The notes under the pieces: generated by a model
What the model was told of the DNA's origin: nothing
Databases searched by the model: none
The model's input: only the letters and a program-made list of their open reading frames with translations
DNA from: Eubacteriales bacterium
Lineage (GTDB): Bacteria; Bacillota; Clostridia; Oscillospirales; CAG-272
DNA: 64,000 bases
Assembly: GCA_045659405.1 (NCBI GenBank)
Contig: JAZOWX010000043.1
Span: forward strand, 1,789-65,788
Direction of reading: 5' to 3'
In this document: one piece after another, positions 18,116 to 28,285 of the stretch
Numbering within the stretch: position 1 is the first letter of the stretch
Layout: the number at the start of each line of letters is the position of its first letter
Translations under genes and position numbers: made by a program

Positions 18116-18266
18116 CCGGTGCTGTCTTTTCATATGAAACGGATGTAAAAAAACGAAATATGCCGAGGGGCAGAAAGTGCGTAAAGTCGCACTCGCTGAA
18201 TACGTCAAGGTGCTTGTAAGTGAATATCTTGTGAAGCGAAAAAACTTATTTTTGCATTTGAGTTAG

Positions 18267-18315
18267 AAAAAGCAAGAGATTTGACAATCAAAGTTGTCAA
18301 ATCTCTTGCTTTTTT
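18267..18315. terminator. Bidirectional terminator (17-bp perfect stem)
   Basis: AGCAAGAGATTTGACAA / TTGTCAAATCTCTTGCT, flanked by an A-run and a T-run. Confidence 0.8.
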
Positions 18316-18322
18316 CTTTATA

Positions 18323-19330
18323 TCAGGTTTCAAGCTCGCTTTTTATATTTCTGTTCATCAATGCGAGCATAGCATCTTTTACACCTTTTCCGTTTTTGAT
18401 AACGTCATAAACCGCCTCGGTTATAGGCATCTCTACATCATACTTTCTGGAAAGCTCCATTGCGGCTTCCAGAGCGTAATAGCCCTCCACTACCATTCCG
18501 ATTTCACGACTTGCCGCCTCATAGCTCATACCCTTTCCGATAAGCTCGCCACAGCGATTGTTACGGCTGTGATGAGATGTGCAGGTAACTATAAGGTCGC
18601 CAATACCGGCAAGGCCCATAAACGTGCGTCTTTTACAGCCCATGGCAAGACCCATTCTCGTTATTTCCGCAGCGCCTCGTGTCATAAGCATAGCCTGCGA
18701 ATTATCGCCAAGCCCCATTCCTCGGTTTATACCCGAAGCTATGGCTATAATGTTTTTGAGCGCACCTGCAAGCTCAACGCCCAGCACGTCGGTGTTTGTG
18801 TAAACTCGCATACAGGAAGCCGAAAAAGCACTCGCTACTAAAAGTGCAACCTCCTCGTTCTCACAAGCCGAAACAATAGAGGTAGGCAGACCTATCGCAA
18901 CCTCCTCAGCGTGCGTAGGGCCTGAAAGTGCAACCAGGCTGTAATCGGATTTTGTTGCCGCTTTCATCTCGTCATCAATGATTTCGGTCATTGTCTTAAG
19001 CGTTTTTGGCTCAATGCCCTTTGCGGCGCTGATAAGCACAGCTCCGTGTTTTATGTAGGGTGCTGCGGCCTTTGCCGTGCTGCGCATAAATGCTGACGGC
19101 ACAACGAACAGAACAATCTCGGCATCCTCCACAGCCCTCTGCAGACTTTTTTCGTATTTCAGCCCATCCGGGAGAGTTGCGCCGGGCAGGTTTTTATGTA
19201 TCCTGCTTTTTGAAAGAATATCTATTTCCTCGCCGATTGCAGACCAAAGCGTGGTATCGTGACCGTTCTTTGTTAACAGAGCGGCAAGAGCCGTACCCCA
19301 CGTGCCTGCACCAAGTGTAGCAATCTTCAT
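18323..19330 (-). CDS. gpsA: NAD(P)H-dependent glycerol-3-phosphate dehydrogenase
   Basis: MKIATLGAGTWGTALA Rossmann loop and full-length family resemblance. Confidence 0.92.
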   Translation of the reverse strand: MKIATLGAGTWGTALAALLTKNGHDTTLWSAIGEEIDILSKSRIHKNLPGATLPDGLKYEKSLQRAVEDAEIVLFVVPSAFMRSTAKAAAPYIKHGAVLISAAKGIEPKTLKTMTEIIDDEMKAATKSDYSLVALSGPTHAEEVAIGLPTSIVSACENEEVALLVASAFSASCMRVYTNTDVLGVELAGALKNIIAIASGINRGMGLGDNSQAMLMTRGAAEITRMGLAMGCKRRTFMGLAGIGDLIVTCTSHHSRNNRCGELIGKGMSYEAASREIGMVVEGYYALEAAMELSRKYDVEMPITEAVYDVIKNGKGVKDAMLALMNRNIKSELET

Positions 19331-19454
19331 ATTTCAAGCTCCTTTTTATTTGCTTTCTTATATATTTTATCATATTATTTGGACTTCGTCAATATTGACT
19401 TTACCTGCTTTGCGTGTTAAAATATTGTTTAGAGAATATATGTGAGGTTTAGGT

Positions 19455-19847
19455 ATGAACTTGATAGTTTGTCTTGACGAGCGCTTGGGGATGATGTTCA
19501 ATAAACGCCGTCAAAGCTCAGACCGCGGACAGGTGGCAGATATGAAAGAGCTACTCTTTGGCGAACCGCTTTCGGTATCGCCGTATACGGCAAAGCTACT
19601 TCTGGAGTCGGGGATTGAGCTTTCAGTATCCGAAACACCCGAAAAACAAAGCGGCTACGTTTTTATTGAGGACACCGAGCTTCCGAATATTGACAAGGTG
19701 CAAAAGCTCATAATATACCGTTGGGGCAGACGCTATCCGTCGGATAAACGCTTCACACTTGATATAAACGAGTTCAGACTTGTAGAAAGCCGTGAGTTTT
19801 GCGGCACGTCACACGATAAAATAACAAGGGAGATATACACAAGATGA
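19455..19847 (+). CDS. Small cytoplasmic protein of unknown function (DHFR/RibD-C-like N-terminus)
   Basis: 130 aa, starting MNLIVCLDERLGMMFNKRRQSSDR. Its stop overlaps the nuclease start (ATGA). Confidence 0.5.
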   Translation: MNLIVCLDERLGMMFNKRRQSSDRGQVADMKELLFGEPLSVSPYTAKLLLESGIELSVSETPEKQSGYVFIEDTELPNIDKVQKLIIYRWGRRYPSDKRFTLDINEFRLVESREFCGTSHDKITREIYTR

Positions 19848-20737
19848 AAAGAACACGTCCGATAATAATTTCGCTTTTACTTTTAGTATCGCTTTTTCTT
19901 TCGGGTTGCTTCACACCCGCACCCGAGCCTACTATAAATCTTGATGACATCCCTGCGTATTCCGGTGAGGCCTGGATATACATAAACGACGGTGTACCGA
20001 CGTTTACCGAGGAGGATTATACAACAGAGTCGTATGAGTTTTACAGCGAGCTTGACTCGCTCGGCAGATGCGGATATGCAATGGCTTGTATCGGTATAGA
20101 TATAATGCCTACAGAGGAGCGTGGAAGTATAGGCTCTGTAAAGCCGTCGGGTTGGCATAGCGTGATATACGATATAGTTGACGGAGGATATCTTTATAAC
20201 AGATGTCATCTTATCGGCTTCCAGCTGACGGGTGAAAACGCAAACAGAAAAAATCTCATAACCGGAACAAAGTACCTTAATATTGAAGGTATGCTTGAAT
20301 TCGAAAATCTGATAGCCGATAAGGTAAAGGAAAATAACGTTCACGTGCTTTACAGAGTCACTCCTATTTATGAGGGCACTAATCTTGTGGCGAGCGGTGT
20401 GCATATGGAAGCATATTCGGTGGAGGATAACGGCGAGCTTGTTTCCTTTAATGTATATGCCTATAACGTGCAGCCGGGAATTACTATAAACTATGCAACC
20501 GGCACAAGCTATCTTTCGGGAACTTCAGGTAGCACGGATACAGGCAAGGATGAACCGATTACGGGCGAGGAGGAAAGTGATGAAACCTATATTCTCAACA
20601 CCTCCTCAAAGAAGTTTCACAAGCCTACCTGCTCGGGTGTATCGAGTATGAAAGAGGAAAACAAAGAGGAATATACCGGAACAAAAGGCGAACTCATCAC
20701 GGATGGATATACTGCCTGCGGAACTTGCAAACCTTAA
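19844..20737 (+). CDS. Secreted lipoprotein DNA/RNA non-specific endonuclease (EndA/NucM-like)
   Basis: Lipobox LFLSGC, nuclease core YNRCHLIGFQLTGENANRKNLITGT, and a C-terminal H/Cys cluster HKPTCSG...ACGTCKP. Confidence 0.8.
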   Translation: MKRTRPIIISLLLLVSLFLSGCFTPAPEPTINLDDIPAYSGEAWIYINDGVPTFTEEDYTTESYEFYSELDSLGRCGYAMACIGIDIMPTEERGSIGSVKPSGWHSVIYDIVDGGYLYNRCHLIGFQLTGENANRKNLITGTKYLNIEGMLEFENLIADKVKENNVHVLYRVTPIYEGTNLVASGVHMEAYSVEDNGELVSFNVYAYNVQPGITINYATGTSYLSGTSGSTDTGKDEPITGEEESDETYILNTSSKKFHKPTCSGVSSMKEENKEEYTGTKGELITDGYTACGTCKP

Positions 20738-20783
20738 TTTTTGAAATCTTAAGTTTACATATTATGTTGGTTGTGCTGAAAAA

Positions 20784-22160
20784 ATGGAAAAAACGCAAAT
20801 AAAAGATTTTACAAAAGGAAATATAACACGTCAGCTTGTTAGCTTTGCCTGGCCGCTGTTTTTAGCCAATCTTTTGCAGGTTGTCTATAATATGGTGGAT
20901 ATGGTTGTTGTCGGGCAAACTCTTGGCAAGGTAGGAACGTCTGCTGTATCTGTCGGTGGTGACGTTGCGCATCTGTTAACCTTTGTGGCTATGGGCTTTT
21001 CCTCGGCAGGGCAGGTCATCATAGCGAAGTATATCGGTGGTGGCAAACGTGAAAAAATAGGCAGATTTGTCGGTACTATGAGCGCATTTCTCTTTTATGC
21101 CGCTCTCTTGATAAGCACACTCGCCATAGTGTTCAGAAATCAGCTTCTCACTCTTATGAATACTCCAAGTGAGGCATATGAGGGGGCTCTTGAATATTCG
21201 GTTATATCAATGGCGGGACTCGTTTTTATATACGGATATAACGCTGTAAGCGCAATTTTGCGTGGAATGGGTGACTCAAAGCATCCGTTTATATTCATAG
21301 CAATAGCAGCTCTTTTGAACGTTGTTCTCGATATAATATTCGTGATTGGCTTCGGTATGGGAAGCGGCGGTGCTGCTTTGGCAACTGTTATAAGTCAGGC
21401 GGTAAGCTTTATATGCTGCGTTCTGTTTCTTGTGCGTAAAAGAGCTGAATTTTCACTTTCTGTAACTTTTCGGGATTTTTTAGTCCCCGACGGAGAAATG
21501 CTTTCCGACCTTGTGAAGCTTGGCACACCTATGGCAATAAAAACTGCCGCAATTCAGTTCTCAAAGCTTTTTGTAAATTCTTGGATAAACGGATACGGAG
21601 TTGCGGTTTCTGCCTTTGCGGGAATAGCAAACAAGGTTTCCAATATAGCAAACCTCGTTTCTGCCGCAATGAACGTTGCGGGCTCAACTATGGTGGGGCA
21701 GAATATTGCCGCTTGCGAATACGCAAGAGTTAAAAAAATACTTTTGAACATAGCTGTGATATCGCTTGGTATAGCGGCAATCTTCTCGGCGCTTATCGTT
21801 ATTTTCCCCAATCAGATATTCGCATTCTTCACCACCGAGGGTGACGAGGACGTTCTGGCGCTCACCTCTGGATATATTCCGATAGCAATACTTCTGTTTT
21901 TGGCAAGTGCAATGCGCTCAATAATGAATGCGCTTCTCAACGGAAGCGGTAATTACAGAATTAATTTTGTAACCGCTATTCTTGACGGAATCGTAATGCG
22001 AATCGGACTTTCGCTTCTGTTTGGTCTCGCTTTAGGACTTGAGTATTACGGATTCTGGCTGGGTGATGCCGTAGCAGGCTTTACACCGTTCTTTATCGGT
22101 ATTGTATTTTATTTTTCGGGCGTTTGGAAAAAAGATAAAAATGCACGGTGCGATACTTGA
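20784..22160 (+). CDS. MATE family efflux transporter
   Basis: 458 aa polytopic protein with MATE N-terminus LVSFAWPLFLANLLQVVYNMVDMVVVG. Confidence 0.85.
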   Translation: MEKTQIKDFTKGNITRQLVSFAWPLFLANLLQVVYNMVDMVVVGQTLGKVGTSAVSVGGDVAHLLTFVAMGFSSAGQVIIAKYIGGGKREKIGRFVGTMSAFLFYAALLISTLAIVFRNQLLTLMNTPSEAYEGALEYSVISMAGLVFIYGYNAVSAILRGMGDSKHPFIFIAIAALLNVVLDIIFVIGFGMGSGGAALATVISQAVSFICCVLFLVRKRAEFSLSVTFRDFLVPDGEMLSDLVKLGTPMAIKTAAIQFSKLFVNSWINGYGVAVSAFAGIANKVSNIANLVSAAMNVAGSTMVGQNIAACEYARVKKILLNIAVISLGIAAIFSALIVIFPNQIFAFFTTEGDEDVLALTSGYIPIAILLFLASAMRSIMNALLNGSGNYRINFVTAILDGIVMRIGLSLLFGLALGLEYYGFWLGDAVAGFTPFFIGIVFYFSGVWKKDKNARCDT

Positions 22161-22215
22161 CAAAATCTCCACACCGTGTTATGATTGTTTGACTGTTTGA
22201 AATTTGGAGTATACT

Positions 22216-23199
22216 ATGAAATTAAAGTTTTTAAAAGGCGAGGGTGTCTTTACAAACCCAATGCTTGTCACTTTGGCGGCACTTTTGTGCTGTGCGCTGT
22301 GGGGCAGTGCAACTCCGTTTATCAAAATGGGATACGAGCTTCTTTTGCCCGAGCGTGATGTTGCATCTACGATTCTGTTTGCCGGAATCAGATTCTTCTT
22401 TGCAGGTATTCTTACTATAGTGATTTTCAGTATAGGAAGAAAAAAAGTACTGTATCCGAAGCCTGAAAGCTACGGCAAGGTAGCAATAGTTTCGGCGTTT
22501 CAGACGATACTGCAATATATATTCTTCTATGTCGGTTTAGCAAACACAAGCGGTGTAAAGGGTACGATTCTCACAGGTTCATCAACCTTCTTTGCGATAC
22601 TCGTTTCAGCACTCATCTTCAGAATAGAGAAGCTTAACGTCAAGAAAATAGTAGCCTGCATCCTTGGTCTTTTAGGTATAGTGGTAATCAACCTTAACGG
22701 TCTTACTCCTTCTGTTGATTTACTTGGCGACGGCTTCTGTGTTCTCTCTGCTGTTTCCTTGGCTGTGTCCTCAACCCTTATTAAAATCTTCTCAAAGGAC
22801 GAGGACCCCGTTACTATAAGCGGCTATCAGTTTATACTCGGTGGCGCTGTTATGATAATTATCGGCCTTGCCTTTGGCGGTAAGATAGACCTTACAAGCG
22901 GTGGCGGTATCGCAGTGCTTGTATATCTGTCATTCCTTTCGGCTATTGCGTATTCGCTTTGGGGAATACTGTTGAAATACAACCCGGTTTCCAAGGTTAC
23001 GATTTTCAGCTTCACAATACCGATATTCGGCGTCTTGCTCACCAAGCTTCTTATCACCGAAGAAAGCAATACTGATATTATAAATCTTATCGCAGCGCTT
23101 GTTCTTGTGTGTGCGGGAATACTTATACTGAACTATCAGCCGAAGAAGGCAGCAGCGGATAACAGGTCAGCACCCGCAAAGAATGCCGACGAAAAATAA
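22216..23199 (+). CDS. EamA/DMT superfamily transporter
   Basis: About 10 TM helices in two EamA-like halves. Start taken at the ATG at 22216. Confidence 0.75.
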   Translation: MKLKFLKGEGVFTNPMLVTLAALLCCALWGSATPFIKMGYELLLPERDVASTILFAGIRFFFAGILTIVIFSIGRKKVLYPKPESYGKVAIVSAFQTILQYIFFYVGLANTSGVKGTILTGSSTFFAILVSALIFRIEKLNVKKIVACILGLLGIVVINLNGLTPSVDLLGDGFCVLSAVSLAVSSTLIKIFSKDEDPVTISGYQFILGGAVMIIIGLAFGGKIDLTSGGGIAVLVYLSFLSAIAYSLWGILLKYNPVSKVTIFSFTIPIFGVLLTKLLITEESNTDIINLIAALVLVCAGILILNYQPKKAAADNRSAPAKNADEK

Positions 23200-23203
23200 A
23201 AAC

Positions 23204-23241
23204 AAAAAATCTCGGAAGCTTTTACTTCCGAGATTTTTTTA
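23204..23241. terminator. Bidirectional terminator
   Basis: ATCTCGGAAG / CTTCCGAGAT stem, flanked by an A-run and a T-run. Confidence 0.8.
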
Positions 23242-24558
23242 TTAAAGTACTTTTACAATGTACGCAGCGATTGTCTTTACAAACTCAACGAACTTATCGC
23301 ACTCGATATACTCGTTGGGCTGATGAGCGCCGCCGGGGAGAGTAAATTCTCTGCCGCCGCCGTATGCAAAGGCGCATTCGCCGCCGAATCTTCCGATAAC
23401 GGAAAGGTCGGAAAGGCAAGAGCCGCAAATGTCGGGGCGTTGTCCGATAGCCTCTTCCATAGCATCGCAGAAATCAACGATAGCGGGCGAATCTGCCTCG
23501 CAGCTAACGTAGTGGAAGAATCTTGTGTGAGGCTTGAAGCCGTCACCTATAAGTCCGAGAGGCTCAAGACGTTCGGAAAGAATTTTCTCAAACATCGGGA
23601 ATTCTTCGCCGTAGATATATTCTCTGGTCTTATCCGTGTAGTAAGTGAAGTGAATCTCACCGCGGCCAAGGTCCATTCCCGCATTTCCTGCCTTAACGCC
23701 CATATAGCGAAGCGAGGTCTTGGGGATTATAGTGTTCTTGTAGAAGCGGTTTTCGGTAAGCTCCTTTTCACGTCTTGCCTTGAACTCTTCCATAACCTCA
23801 AGAACAACCGGAATACCCTTTGCCGCATAGGCTGCGCTGTTTGCGGTCTCCTTTGTGTGGAAGAAATATTTAGCTTCCTGACCGCCCGATGCGCAGTTCC
23901 AGATCTGGTTCTGTCTACCGTCCATATTTACAACCCTGTTGCAGGGGTATCTAAGCGAGGAGGCAAGAGCACCGTGCGAACCGCCGAACTCCTCGTCACA
24001 GTAAGCGCTGAAGAGCAGGTTGCGCTTTGGCTCAAAGCCCTCTTCCTTAAGAAGCTTGATGAGGAACAGAGCAGTAGCGAGAGCGTATTTGTCATCACAA
24101 GCGCCACGTCCCCAAATTTTTCCGTCACGAACCTCACCCGAGAGTGGCTCGAAATTCCAGTTCTTTATATCGCCAATCGGAACTGTATCAAGGTGACCCA
24201 TTATCATAAGCTCGTCAACGTTTTCCTTACCGTACCAACGAGCGGTTACGTTGTATCTGTTTTCAAGATTTCTGCCCTCAACGTAGTCGGGGTGATTTTC
24301 AAAATCGGGAAGGTCAAGAGGGGTGTACAGATTGCTCTCAAGTCCCATCTCGCTACACATCTTATGTACGTGCTCGGCAAGCTCCTTTTCGTTACCGTGA
24401 GTGGTAAAGTTTTCGGAGTTGATTTTGATAAGAGAGCCGAGAAGCTCAAAAAGCTCATTTTTTCTTTCTTCAATAAGCTCACAAATGCGTTTGATTTCGA
24501 TTTTGCTATCTTCTTTCGTGTTTTTTAGATTGTTAACTGGAAATAATAACCAAAGCAT
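23242..24558 (-). CDS. M20 family metallopeptidase (ArgE/DapE/ACY1-like)
   Basis: MGHLDTVP and GRGACDDKYALA motifs. The exact start is uncertain because no clear RBS precedes 24558. Confidence 0.8.
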   Translation of the reverse strand: MLWLLFPVNNLKNTKEDSKIEIKRICELIEERKNELFELLGSLIKINSENFTTHGNEKELAEHVHKMCSEMGLESNLYTPLDLPDFENHPDYVEGRNLENRYNVTARWYGKENVDELMIMGHLDTVPIGDIKNWNFEPLSGEVRDGKIWGRGACDDKYALATALFLIKLLKEEGFEPKRNLLFSAYCDEEFGGSHGALASSLRYPCNRVVNMDGRQNQIWNCASGGQEAKYFFHTKETANSAAYAAKGIPVVLEVMEEFKARREKELTENRFYKNTIIPKTSLRYMGVKAGNAGMDLGRGEIHFTYYTDKTREYIYGEEFPMFEKILSERLEPLGLIGDGFKPHTRFFHYVSCEADSPAIVDFCDAMEEAIGQRPDICGSCLSDLSVIGRFGGECAFAYGGGREFTLPGGAHQPNEYIECDKFVEFVKTIAAYIVKVL

Positions 24559-24634
24559 TATTACTTTTTACATTATAGCATACTTTTACAGACAAAACAA
24601 GCATAAAGGCAAAAAATATTTGAACAAGCGAGTT

Positions 24635-25354
24635 TTAGACCTCTGTATTTTGTTTTGACGGTGTAGCCTTCGCCTTATGCTTGCGCACAAGCTCTACTGT
24701 GAGCAGCACAAGCGAATAAACCGCTATATAAATCGGTGCGATAACCCAAGCGGTGAACGGTGTTCCGGCTATTGCGGGCTCTGCCATATAAAACGGATTT
24801 GAGTGGTCCAGTACAAAATGCAGAAACGCACCGTACGCAAAATAGCAGGTGAAGCCAAAGAGCGTACAATACCACTTCCGATAGGTAAGGGTAATATATC
24901 CGAACATAAACAGCAGTATTACAACTATCGCCGATATCGTGTGGTGTACCATTCCGAGTATCGTCGGCGGATAGAGGAATGACGGATTCTGACCGATAAA
25001 GTCCGAATAAAAGGTAACGATAGAGCCGCCAACGAGCGCTATCATCCATATAAAATGAAGAACGAGGTTGTTCTTCTTTCCAAGCAGTATGGCTAGCGAG
25101 AGTACGAAGCTTGACGTGGAGCAAAAGCTGTCTGTAAGAAGCTTAATCCAACGCACGTCCTCGTATTCAAATACAAGCGCTAAACGGTTTGAAAATATTG
25201 TTAAAAACAAAACGGCTGCCGCACACTTGATTACAATATTTCTTGCCTTTTCCGTCTTTGCATATTTTGCCGAAAGAAAACAAACGGCAAAAGCCACAAA
25301 AAGGCTTACGGCTATATAAATTAAATGCTCTTTTCCAAAAACCTGCGGATTCAT
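24635..25354 (-). CDS. Polytopic membrane protein, YwaF/TIGR02206-like (paralog 1)
   Basis: 239 aa with about 7 TM helices, starting MNPQVFGKEHLIYIAVS. Clearly paralogous to the next gene. Confidence 0.55.
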   Translation of the reverse strand: MNPQVFGKEHLIYIAVSLFVAFAVCFLSAKYAKTEKARNIVIKCAAAVLFLTIFSNRLALVFEYEDVRWIKLLTDSFCSTSSFVLSLAILLGKKNNLVLHFIWMIALVGGSIVTFYSDFIGQNPSFLYPPTILGMVHHTISAIVVILLFMFGYITLTYRKWYCTLFGFTCYFAYGAFLHFVLDHSNPFYMAEPAIAGTPFTAWVIAPIYIAVYSLVLLTVELVRKHKAKATPSKQNTEV

Positions 25355-25380
25355 AAAAAGCTCTCCATTCAGATTGTTTT

Positions 25381-26091
25381 CTAGTTTTGCTTGTCGGCGG
25401 ATTTTCGTGATTTGATGTATCTGCCAAGCTCAACTGCGGCAAATACCGTACCGTGACCGACAATATACATAGGAGCCATAACCCAAGCGGTAAGCGGTGT
25501 ATCGGGGAGTAGCGGCTCTACTATATGATAGGCATCGTCAAGCCCGAATACGGACATCAAAAATGCGCCCAAGGTCAGATAGCAGGTGAAGCCGAGTATA
25601 ACGTAATGCCATTTCTTGTAGGTTATGTTAATTTGTCCGAGCAACAGCAGTGCAATTGCCATAATTGCCGAAAAGCTGTGGTGTAAAAGTCCGGAAATTG
25701 TAGGAATATAGAAAAATGACGAATTATGACTTACAAACGTAGGATATATAACCGTAGCTATGCCGCCAAATAAGGCAAGTAACCAGGAAAAATGCAGTAC
25801 ACAGTTATTCTTTTTTCCAAGAAGCACGGCAAGCGCAAGTAGAAGGCTGGTCATGCCGCAAAAGCTGTCTGGTATAATGGTGTACCAGCGTATTTGTTCA
25901 TATCGGAATACTTGCGAAAGTCTGTTGGTAAGAATTGCGGTTAACAGTAAAAACGCAATGCATTTTAACGCCACAGCCTGCAACCGTTCTGTTTTTGCAT
26001 ATTTTTTCATTAAAATCAGACCGACAGCGCCAATTACCGCCGATACGATTATATAGATAATATGTTCTTTTCCAAAAACCTGCGGAACCAT
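25381..26091 (-). CDS. Polytopic membrane protein, YwaF/TIGR02206-like (paralog 2)
   Basis: 236 aa, starting MVPQVFGKEHIIYIIVS. Shares LLGKKNN, VLHF, ITYKKW and FTCY blocks with paralog 1. Confidence 0.55.
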   Translation of the reverse strand: MVPQVFGKEHIIYIIVSAVIGAVGLILMKKYAKTERLQAVALKCIAFLLLTAILTNRLSQVFRYEQIRWYTIIPDSFCGMTSLLLALAVLLGKKNNCVLHFSWLLALFGGIATVIYPTFVSHNSSFFYIPTISGLLHHSFSAIMAIALLLLGQINITYKKWHYVILGFTCYLTLGAFLMSVFGLDDAYHIVEPLLPDTPLTAWVMAPMYIVGHGTVFAAVELGRYIKSRKSADKQN

Positions 26092-26200
26092 AATTTCCTC
26101 GCATTTAAGTTTGATTTAAGTTTGTAAGGATATTATATCACCGCTTTAATAATTTGTCAAATATATTTTTAATTCAATTTGTTTTAGGAGCAAATAACAC

Positions 26201-26830
26201 TTACTCACGTTTTTGGGCAAGGAGCCATTCTAAAAGCTCCTCGGTGAAGCTTATTCTTGCAATGTCGTGACCTTCGTTTTTAAACTCGGTATATTTCACG
26301 TTTTTTCCTTGCGCTTTGAGTTTTTCGACCATTTCTCTTGACTGAGTAACCGACACCGTCAGGTCGCTGTCACCGTGAAAAGCCCAAACAGGCATATCAA
26401 GAACGTTTGCGCACCACGCCATGCCACCGCCGCAAACGGGTGCGATTGCGGCAAACAGCTTCGGGCAGAGCATAGCCGAAAACCAAGTTCCGTATCCGCC
26501 CATACTAAGACCTGCGAGGTAAATTCTTTTAGTGTCTGCCTTGTAAGCTTCTATAATCTGCTTTACAAACTTAATGACCGATTCTGCCCGTCCTGCCCAG
26601 AATTGATTTTCGGGGCATTGCGGCATAATGAATATGCAGTCTATTTCTCTGTCATTTATGATGCTTGAAAATCCGTGTACGTCAACAAGCGAAAGCTCAT
26701 CACCGCCCGCACCTCGCTCACCTGCGCCGTGCAGTTGTATTATAACGGGCATATTTTCTCTTTTATTCTTCGGTGAGTATTCGACAAACGGAAAGTCAAA
26801 ATCCGTCGAGTTGTGTTCTGTGCGTATCAT
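26201..26830 (-). CDS. Alpha/beta hydrolase (carboxylesterase/phospholipase-type)
   Basis: Nucleophile elbow GLSMGG, with HG and D/H catalytic context (FHGDSD, GHD). Confidence 0.75.
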   Translation of the reverse strand: MIRTEHNSTDFDFPFVEYSPKNKRENMPVIIQLHGAGERGAGGDELSLVDVHGFSSIINDREIDCIFIMPQCPENQFWAGRAESVIKFVKQIIEAYKADTKRIYLAGLSMGGYGTWFSAMLCPKLFAAIAPVCGGGMAWCANVLDMPVWAFHGDSDLTVSVTQSREMVEKLKAQGKNVKYTEFKNEGHDIARISFTEELLEWLLAQKRE

Positions 26831-26872
26831 GGTTATCTCCTTGCAGCTTTATAAATTTAGATTAGAGTAACG

Positions 26873-27883
26873 TTATACCGTATATGCTTGTGTATATGCT
26901 TTTTTGCCGTTTTCGTCCTCTATGCGGAAGCGGAAATATCCGTCGGTTTCTCTTACGGTAAATTCCGCAAAGGTCAGTGACAGACCGCTCTCGGCAGCTA
27001 TGCTTTCGGTTCTTCTGCCACGGGTGAGCATAGATATTCTTTTGGACGGTGAGGTGCGTATTTGCAGCTTGTCCTTATCCCTTGTCAGCGAATAAATTTT
27101 TGCTCCTGTCGAAGCGTAAAAATCTCCTGCTTGTAAAGCGCTCATAATTTCGCTGTATTCTAGCTTGTCGGCATCAATTTCCACCCAACCGCCAAACGAA
27201 TCGTTATTCGAGCTTTCGAACTCGGCCTTGTTATGATTATCATCTGTGGCGGTGCAGAAAATATGCTTTCCTGCCCGTAGCATATCGTCAAAAGCGTGTT
27301 CGTCGTCATTATGTCCGAGTATTGCACAGCCGTGGTTATATATCTCGACGGCAAAAAGTCCATCGTATTTCAGATAATCCGCAGCATTTTCAAGTGACCA
27401 GTTGGGATGATTGTAGGATACTATAAATCCTTTTTTATTTGCAATTTTTATCATCTCGTTGATGCTGTCTGCTCCGTATTCTCTGTCGTATTCTTCTTCA
27501 AATACGATTTTGTCTTTATTGTTTTCGTTGATGAAGTGATCGTATTTGCTGGAATAACAGGGAGTTGTGAGGTTGTTTGCATCGAGTGCGTAGAAGTTCA
27601 TATGACAAACGCGCATATCAAAGTTGTTCCGAGTAGATTCGTGCGGATTTTCCTTGATACTCAATTCGCAAGAGGTAATTGTCAGAAAATCATCATCGTT
27701 AAGATAAGAGTTGTCTATAACATGCTCGTGATCGGTGAATGCTACTATCGAATATCCTCTTTTTTTATATTCCTCTTTCAATTCTTTAGGAGAAAGATTG
27801 CCGTCCGATTCTGTTGAATGGCAATGAAGATTTGCTTTATAAAAGCGCTTCTTTTTTCCTAATAAAATTTGCATAATCCGCAC
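26873..27883 (-). CDS. PHP-domain metal-dependent phosphoesterase
   Basis: ANLHCHSTESDGNLSPKEL followed by VAFTDHEH. Confidence 0.75.
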   Translation of the reverse strand: MRIMQILLGKKKRFYKANLHCHSTESDGNLSPKELKEEYKKRGYSIVAFTDHEHVIDNSYLNDDDFLTITSCELSIKENPHESTRNNFDMRVCHMNFYALDANNLTTPCYSSKYDHFINENNKDKIVFEEEYDREYGADSINEMIKIANKKGFIVSYNHPNWSLENAADYLKYDGLFAVEIYNHGCAILGHNDDEHAFDDMLRAGKHIFCTATDDNHNKAEFESSNNDSFGGWVEIDADKLEYSEIMSALQAGDFYASTGAKIYSLTRDKDKLQIRTSPSKRISMLTRGRRTESIAAESGLSLTFAEFTVRETDGYFRFRIEDENGKKAYTQAYTV

Positions 27884-27947
27884 ACCCCGTGGTTTTGTTG
27901 GTTGATATGGTTTGGTTTTCGAAACAACATCCGTTTATACTTTGAAA

Positions 27948-28154
27948 TCAAGATTTCGGCTTTTTGTCGTCTGTCAAACCTAGAATGTAGTCGGTTGATG
28001 TTTTGTAAAACTTTGCTAATGCAATAAGATAATCAATAGGTATTTGGCGAATACCGTTTTCGTATTGAGAATACGTGTTCTGCTTTATACGCAGATATTC
28101 TGCAACTTCTTTTTGAGTCAAATTGTTATCTTCTCTTAAGTCTCTAATTCTCAT
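27948..28154 (-). CDS. XRE family helix-turn-helix transcriptional regulator (68 aa)
   Basis: LTQKEVAEYLRIKQNTYSQYENGIRQIPID is a classic Cro/C1 HTH. Confidence 0.9.
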   Translation of the reverse strand: MRIRDLREDNNLTQKEVAEYLRIKQNTYSQYENGIRQIPIDYLIALAKFYKTSTDYILGLTDDKKPKS

Positions 28155-28285
28155 AAAAACTCCTAAAGCGTTTTATAAAAGCACAATTATTATAACAAAT
28201 CTCGATTTGAGATGTCGACTTTTATCTCAAAATGAGATATAATTGTTTTGAAAAAGCACAAAGTATGAGACAAAGGAGTGTAAAA

